From Planctomycetota bacterium (lineage in GTDB: Bacteria > Planctomycetota > B15-G4 > JADJEK01): a stretch of DNA of 55,660 nt. The notes under the pieces are model-generated. The model saw only the letters and a list, made by a program, of their open reading frames with translations. It made no database searches and was not told the origin of the DNA. Every line of letters starts with the position of its first letter. Position 1 is the first letter of the stretch. Location: assembly GCA_044225365.1 (NCBI GenBank), contig JBGAIQ010000038.1, forward strand, positions 1 through 55,660, written 5' to 3'. Both the position numbers and the translations under genes were made by a program. Positions 51,571-55,660 of this stretch are shown here, piece after piece.

Positions 51571-53435
51571 GCGATGCTCCCGACGGCAACGAATTCGAAC
51601 AGGTCGGCAAGGCGTTCGATCGCGACCTGCTACGCCGATTGTGGACGTTCGCCAGGCCCGATTCGCGCGCCTTCGTCGTGGCCATCGTCTTGTTGTTCGC
51701 GGTCACCGGACTCGAGGTCCTGTTGCCGTGGCTCTTGCGCCTTGCCGTCGACGGTCCGGTCGCGGCAGCACGCGAAGCTGGGACGGAGATCCTGAACGCG
51801 GGCGACGCAGAACGATCGGCGTTGTATCGACACGTCGGGCTCCTCGCGCTCGCGGCGCTCGCGATCGCCGTCGTCACGTTCGCCGCGCGCTACGGCCAGT
51901 TCGTCGTGATCCAGAGCGCGGGACAACGCGTGCTCCATCGCGTGCGCAGCGCCCTGTTTCGCCAACTCGAACGATTGCCGATCGCTTACTACGATCGCAC
52001 GCCCACGGGCCGACTCGTGTCGCGCGTCACGAACGACATCGAGACCCTGAACGAACTGTTCACGTCCGGCATCATCAATCTCCTCGGCGACGTGACGAAG
52101 GTCATCGCCCTGCTCGTCGCGGCGTTCTTCATCCATCCCGGACTCGCATTGATCGGAACCGCGGCGGTTCCGGCGCTCGCGCTCGCGTCCGCGTACTTTC
52201 GGATTCGCGCCCGACAGGGTTACCGCGAAACCCGCACCGCGATCGCAAAGGTGACGGGCTATCTCGCCGAGACGATCGCCGGGATTCGGGTCCTCCAGGC
52301 ATTCTCGCGCGAGGATCTGGCGCGCAACCGGTTCGCGACGCGATGTCGCGAGTACCTCGATGCCAATCTGCGAACCATCTTCTACTTCGCGCTGTTCTTC
52401 CCCGTCGCGGACGGACTGACGCTCGTTGCGCAGGGCGGAGTCTTCTGGAAAGGCGGATGGCTGATCCTCGGCGGCGCGTTTACCGTCGGACAGTTCCTCC
52501 AGGTCTGGTTCTACCTGAGCCTGATGTTCGAGCCGCTGCGCGAGATGGCGGAGAAGTACAACATCCTGCAGTCGGCGATGGCGTCGGCGGAACGCGTCTT
52601 CCACGTGCTCGATGAAGCCGCAGAACCCGCCGATCGACCGACGGCGATCGAGGCCCCGCGCTTCGACGGCGCGATCGAATTCGACCACGTCGACTTCGAG
52701 TATCGAAAGGACACGCCGATCCTCAAGGACGTGTCGTTCGCGGTGAGGCCCGGAGAAACGATCGCGCTCGTGGGAGCAACGGGCGGCGGAAAGACCACGA
52801 TCACTTCGTTGCTCGCGCGCTTCTACGACGTCACTCGCGGGTCGATCGCGATCGACGGTCACGATCTCCGCGATTACACGATGGCCTCGTTGCGCCAAAA
52901 CCTCGCCTACGTGCCCCAGGACACCTTCCTGTTCACCGGAACGGTGCTCGACAATCTCACCTTGGGCCATCCCGAACTCGATCCGAAGCGCGCGATCGCC
53001 GCGGCCGAAGCGATCGGCGCTGACCGGCTCATCGCACGTTGGAGCGGTGGCTACGATCACGTGCTCAGCGAGCGCGGGGCGAATCTCTCGGCGGGCGAAC
53101 GACAGATGCTCGCGTTCGCTCGTGCGCTCGCCGTCGACCCCGCGATCCTGATCCTCGATGAAGCAACGGCGAACATCGATCCCGAGTCGGAACAGATGAT
53201 CGAGAAGGCGCTCGTTCGCCTGCTCGAGGGACGCACCTCGATCGTGGTCGCCCATCGGCTCTCGACGATTCGTCGCGCGTCACGGATCCTCGTCGTTCAA
53301 CGCGGTCAGATCCGAGAGCAGGGCACGCACGACGAGTTGATGGCGAGCAACGGGATCTACCGGCGCCTGCACGACCTCCAGTTCAAGGTCCCGCGCCCCG
53401 CAGCGGCCGCGGCGCCCTCCAATGCGACGCATTGA
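51567..53435 (+). CDS. ABC exporter half (TMD+NBD), MdlB/YheH-like
   Basis: GTGA overlap, Walker A GATGGGKTT, degenerate signature LSAGE, Walker B ILDE and VAHR. Confidence 0.93.
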   Translation: MSDAPDGNEFEQVGKAFDRDLLRRLWTFARPDSRAFVVAIVLLFAVTGLEVLLPWLLRLAVDGPVAAAREAGTEILNAGDAERSALYRHVGLLALAALAIAVVTFAARYGQFVVIQSAGQRVLHRVRSALFRQLERLPIAYYDRTPTGRLVSRVTNDIETLNELFTSGIINLLGDVTKVIALLVAAFFIHPGLALIGTAAVPALALASAYFRIRARQGYRETRTAIAKVTGYLAETIAGIRVLQAFSREDLARNRFATRCREYLDANLRTIFYFALFFPVADGLTLVAQGGVFWKGGWLILGGAFTVGQFLQVWFYLSLMFEPLREMAEKYNILQSAMASAERVFHVLDEAAEPADRPTAIEAPRFDGAIEFDHVDFEYRKDTPILKDVSFAVRPGETIALVGATGGGKTTITSLLARFYDVTRGSIAIDGHDLRDYTMASLRQNLAYVPQDTFLFTGTVLDNLTLGHPELDPKRAIAAAEAIGADRLIARWSGGYDHVLSERGANLSAGERQMLAFARALAVDPAILILDEATANIDPESEQMIEKALVRLLEGRTSIVVAHRLSTIRRASRILVVQRGQIREQGTHDELMASNGIYRRLHDLQFKVPRPAAAAAPSNATH

Positions 53436-53477
53436 ACGAAGTCGATCGCACACCGCGTCAACTGCGAGAGAACGCAA

Positions 53478-55660
53478 TCAGTTTCCGAGCCACCAGTGGA
53501 CCCCATTCGAGAGTCGCGTGTGGTACGGACCGGGTGCGCCGGGATCGACGAGCCCCACCTGGAAGTAGGCGTCGAGTCCGACGAACGTGGGGATCGCCGG
53601 GATCGCGAGCGTCAGGTTTCCCTGGCCGTTGAGATCGAGCACCGGGAACTGCAGCGTGAGGATCGGCACGACGTACAACGTCGTGAGATCGAAGGGCAGC
53701 GCCGTGGGTTGGGTTCCCAGGAAGAGGAATGGCTTCCCTTGCGGCTTCCCACCGATGCATCGCAGCACACCGAAGTTCCCGAGCAAGGGAGGCTGTTCGG
53801 TCGTCAGATTGGGAGAATTCGGCTTCTTGCCCGCGCCAAATGGAGCCCACGACGCGAGCGGCCCGCCGTGGTAGACCTGGGCGATCTCCGATCCGCTGTC
53901 GCTGTTCGATCCGCCGCCGATGACGTCAGGGAAACCGTCTCCGTTCACGTCTCCGGCGAGGGCGACCGCTTGTCCGAGGAAGGACGCTTGCTTGGAGGTC
54001 CAGGCGGCCACCGACTCGAGGCCGGTGGGGCTTCCGAGGAACACGGTCATCCGTCCGCCCGAATTCCCGCCGCTGCCGATCAGGACGTCCGCATACCCAT
54101 CGCCATCGACGTCGCCGGGGATCGCGACGGCGCTCCCGAACTGTGAACTCGCGATCTCGGGATGAGCGGACCAGACGGAGGCTGCGCTCGGTCCCGACGC
54201 CGATCCTCGGTAGGCGAATGCGCGTCCTTCCTGGAAGAGTGCGGTCCCATACGATGGCGCACCGACCACGAGGTCGTCGAAGCCATCGAGGTCGAAGTCT
54301 CCGCCCCCGCCGACAGCCTGCGCGAAGAGCGAGCCCGCCACATCGCTCTCGGCGTGCCACACCGGCGCGGATGCGATTCCGCCCAAAGTCCCGAGGAACG
54401 CGTAGGCCGCGCCTTCGTTGATCTGGCCCGACGCATAGCCGGGCGCGCCGACGACGATGTCGAGAAGGCCATCGCCGTTCAAGTCGCCGGCGGCATCGAG
54501 CGATCGGCCGAAGCCCGAATTGACCTGGGGCGGGAGGATCGAAAGCAGGGGCGTCGATTCGATGCCGTTCGCGTTCCCGCGGTAGAGGTGCACGCGCTCG
54601 ACGCTGCCTTGCGTCACTCCGACGAGAAGATCGTCGAATCCATCCTGCGTGACGTCGCCGATACCCTTGAGCTCGAGGTACGACGACCCCGCAACCAGAG
54701 GAATCTCGACGATCGACGCAGGAATCAGGGAGAGGCCCCCCGCAGATCCGAGGTATACGTAGACCCGCGCGTGGGCGACCGAACCCACCAGGTATCCCGC
54801 CGTGGCGACCGCGACGTCGGCGTACCCATCGTTGTTCACGTCGCCGGCGCCCGTAACTTCGGTACCGAAGAAGGCGAAGGTGATATTGCTCTCGACCTTC
54901 CAACTCGGTGAGAGCGACAAGCTTACAGGACCGCCTCGATAGACGAGGGCGGCGCCCTCCCAGCTCTGCCCGTTCGAATACGATCGGGCGCCGACGATCA
55001 CGTCGTCGTAGCCATCACCATCGACATCCCCGGCACTCGAAACCGAACTTCCGAAGTCCGTCGCGCCGCCGTTGTTCGCGGTCCATTGCGGGCTGAAGGT
55101 GAGCGGATCGACGACGATCGGGTAGCAGGCGTCACGATCGTCGACCTCGATCCGTAGCCGATTCCCATCGAGCGCGATGCGCGCCGGAAGATCGCGGCCG
55201 CTCGAGTCCGTCGCGACGAGTTCCGCGTAATGCAGGACGAAGCTGCGGTCGACGCTCGCGAACTCGAGACCTTCCGCGGTGCGCGCACCCACCACTGTGC
55301 CCCCGAGTTCGCACTCGATGACGAGCCACGAATCGGCGCCCTGGCGGATCGGCGGTTCGCCGATAGTGAATCCCTGCTCGATTCCACGAGCATCGTTCAC
55401 GTACCACTCGGTGAGATCGATGAGCTCCCCGCGATCGACCTCGATTCGATTGCCCGTGACGACTGGCGTTCCCGCCATCACGGGGCGCATCATTCCCTCA
55501 CGCCCGAACGCAACCAAGGCGATACGCCACGTCGGATCGACTTCGATCGCGGATTCGTTCGATTCAGGTGTTCGCGGCTTCGAGACACAGAGTCCCGCCG
55601 AATCGAATCGCGCGACGAACCGCTGGGCGGGATTCTCGAAGCTCACCGTGTTCGAGCCGC
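53478..55660 (-). CDS. FG-GAP (integrin-alpha-like beta-propeller) repeat protein; 5' end outside the window
   Basis: About 7 repeats of FG..V..AGD.(N/D)GDG..D..VGA. N-terminal EWYVND..GIEQGF domain and conserved C-terminal domain. Confidence 0.9.
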   Translation of the reverse strand, partial: GSNTVSFENPAQRFVARFDSAGLCVSKPRTPESNESAIEVDPTWRIALVAFGREGMMRPVMAGTPVVTGNRIEVDRGELIDLTEWYVNDARGIEQGFTIGEPPIRQGADSWLVIECELGGTVVGARTAEGLEFASVDRSFVLHYAELVATDSSGRDLPARIALDGNRLRIEVDDRDACYPIVVDPLTFSPQWTANNGGATDFGSSVSSAGDVDGDGYDDVIVGARSYSNGQSWEGAALVYRGGPVSLSLSPSWKVESNITFAFFGTEVTGAGDVNNDGYADVAVATAGYLVGSVAHARVYVYLGSAGGLSLIPASIVEIPLVAGSSYLELKGIGDVTQDGFDDLLVGVTQGSVERVHLYRGNANGIESTPLLSILPPQVNSGFGRSLDAAGDLNGDGLLDIVVGAPGYASGQINEGAAYAFLGTLGGIASAPVWHAESDVAGSLFAQAVGGGGDFDLDGFDDLVVGAPSYGTALFQEGRAFAYRGSASGPSAASVWSAHPEIASSQFGSAVAIPGDVDGDGYADVLIGSGGNSGGRMTVFLGSPTGLESVAAWTSKQASFLGQAVALAGDVNGDGFPDVIGGGSNSDSGSEIAQVYHGGPLASWAPFGAGKKPNSPNLTTEQPPLLGNFGVLRCIGGKPQGKPFLFLGTQPTALPFDLTTLYVVPILTLQFPVLDLNGQGNLTLAIPAIPTFVGLDAYFQVGLVDPGAPGPYHTRLSNGVHWWLGN

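Noticed and set aside
49798-53435. Degenerate ABC motifs (Walker B DD; LSAGE) as pseudogenisation
   Set aside because: This is the normal asymmetry of heterodimeric ABC exporters.

Overview
A GC-rich (roughly two-thirds by eye), gene-dense chromosomal window from a Gram-negative bacterium (lpxK present). The gene style suggests an uncultured Planctomycetota lineage (inference): a multiheme cytochrome/propeller/ThuA cluster, a kinase-FGE fusion, and FG-GAP and other secreted proteins. About 39 CDS are supported. Housekeeping and metabolic genes include methylcrotonyl-CoA carboxylase subunits, apaH, tkt, a rimP-like gene, trxA, pckG, typA, gdhA, lpxK, parA and a heterodimeric ABC exporter. I saw no rRNA, tRNA, CRISPR array, transposase or prophage. 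Non-coding structure comprises a GTAG-type REP/BIME cluster (2809-3375), a perfect 16-bp hairpin (14951-14986), a ~165-bp MITE with perfect terminal inverted repeats and a TA duplication (32501-32668), and a candidate sigma54 promoter with three palindromic enhancer-like boxes (33291-33439). The best leads are: (i) a shared ~115-aa C-terminal domain on three unrelated secreted proteins, possibly a sorting or anchoring signal; (ii) a sigma54 activator with a four-Cys GAF motif divergent from an AhpD + flavin-protein operon; (iii) a cNMP-domain MscS channel divergent from a class II cyclic-nucleotide phosphodiesterase; (iv) a pentaheme cytochrome-propeller-ThuA-MFS module. All family calls come from motif recognition, not database searches.
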